36,832 bases of DNA from Octopus bimaculoides (Eukaryota). Positions 35,546 through 36,832 of the stretch are shown here, in pieces. Position 1 is the first letter of the stretch. Each line of letters starts with the position of its first letter. A program made the translations under genes and the position numbers. Location of the stretch: NCBI RefSeq assembly GCF_001194135.2, contig NC_069001.1, positions 22,399,267-22,436,098 on the forward strand, in the 5' to 3' direction. Under the pieces are notes generated by a model. The model was not told the DNA's origin, did not search any database, and was given only the letters and a program-made list of their open reading frames with translations.

Positions 35546-36039
35546 NNNNNNNNNNNNNNNNNNNNNNNNNNNNNNNNNNNNNNNNNNNNNNNNNNNNNNN
35601 NNNNNNNNNNNNNNNNNNNNNNNNNNNNNNNNNNNNNNNNNNNNNNNNNNNNNNNNNNNNNNNNNNNNNNNNNNNNNNNNNNNNNNNNNNNNNNNNNNNN
35701 NNNNNNNNNNNNNNNNNNNNNNNNNNNNNNNNNNNNNNNNNNNNNNNNNNNNNNNNNNNNNNNNNNNNNNNNNNNNNNNNNNNNNNNNNNNNNNNNNNNN
35801 NNNNNNNNNNNNNNNNNNNNNNNNNNNNNNNNNNNNNNNNNNNNNNNNNNNNNNNNNNNNNNNNNNNNNNNNNNNNNNNNNNNNNNNNNNNNNNNNNNNN
35901 NNNNNNNNNNNNNNNNNNNNNNNNNNNNNNNNNNNNNNNNNNNNNNNNNNNNNNNNNNNNNNNNNNNNNNNNNNNNNNNNNNNNNNNNNNNNNNNNNNNN
36001 NNNNNNNNNNNNNNNNNNNNNNNNNNNNNNNNTATATAT

Positions 36040-36230
36040 ATAAACAAATAGTAAATTAGTATATGCATATATACGTACAGGTATGTGCATACCGACATCC
36101 ACCTGTATGTATAGGTGCATATCTGGGTACAGGACATTGCAAACAAACGTAGACGAGAACACACGAGCCACATAGAGAACATTCTACTTCATCAGCTACC
36201 CACGTTTTAACACCGGCGTTTCGACGAGCT
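36040..36230 (-). repeat. Possible pLTR-like fragment with split HHR-like motifs
   Basis: Minus strand has GTCGAAACGCCGGT and CTGATGAAG, but they do not assemble into a complete fold. Confidence 0.3.
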
Positions 36231-36485
36231 TATGTATGTATGTATGCATGCATGTATGTATGTATGTATGTATGTGTGCATGTATGTATATGTATAAGAC
36301 AACCATAGAACACATCCACGGATTTACAAAATAGAACTGTGATGAAATATAACCTTGGGTTCTGCTACAAAAATACGCGGAGATCTTTACTAATTTAAAT
36401 AATATTGTTAGCTTGGTGTACGAACAGAAAACGTATTAAGTATTTTACCCAGAAAATCCCTCACTAATAACTCTATCTCTGTATC

Positions 36486-36516
<31 letters not shown>

Positions 36517-36529
36517 CTATATATTATTA

Positions 36530-36832
36530 TAAAATCTGGTAATTAATCATATATTAATTAATATCGATTAATTATCAGGAGGCCAGCACATCTAAAGAAT
36601 CAAAGAGATTCAGAAATATTATCTGCAATCTCAGGGGATTAAGGTACGTTTTAAAAAAATAACGTTGACCACTAACGTGGACAATTAATGCGCTAGAAAT
36701 AGATCACATCTTGTGTCTATTAAGACCTAAATTGTTCTCAACATGAAATATAGCAGCATACCAACACGTGAGCGGGCAAGACATTTAAAATCACCTAAAA
36801 AAGCATTCTTAAACAGGAACCGGTTTCGGATT
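36530..36832 (-). repeat. Diverged relative of the 3995-4346 palindrome arm, lying 3' of an HHR-like CCGAAACCGGTT at the window edge
   Basis: CAGGAGGCCAGCACATCTAAAGAATCAAAGAGATT vs CAGTGGCTTAGCATATTTAAAAAATCCGAAGATT, and TGACCACTAACGTGGAC vs TGACCGCCAAAGTGGAC. Confidence 0.55.

Noticed and set aside
36579-36643. Apparent exon EASTSKESKRFRNIICNLRGL with AG/GT boundaries
   Set aside because: It aligns with the 3995-4346 repeat arm, so it is most likely repeat-derived.

Overview
AT-rich, repeat-dominated eukaryotic DNA with 8 assembly gaps, nearly all flanked by microsatellites. The tRNA-derived SINE families and microsatellite load look like an octopus genome (inference from recognition, not a database hit). 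No host gene can be identified with confidence; only a few weak candidate exons are seen. Recognisable content: decayed Tc1/mariner transposons (mariner DD34D, an irritans-like mariner, maT/DD37D, and a DD34E Tc1 with a spliceosomal intron), CR1/L2-type LINE fragments, a Helitron PIF1 helicase fragment, a Penelope-like (PLE) GIY-YIG endonuclease remnant, at least four SINE families, and several long inverted-repeat elements. The most interesting signal is a dispersed set of type I hammerhead ribozyme (HHR) motifs. One has a fully intact core (30645-30717) inside a 497-bp ORF-less unit with 43-bp terminal direct repeats (retrozyme/solo pLTR-like). One is near intact inside a 320-bp palindrome (12171-12269). 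One lies just 3' of the PLE endonuclease. Several copies carry CpG-type mutations at the C11.1-G12 core position. Many coordinates for degenerate elements are approximate.
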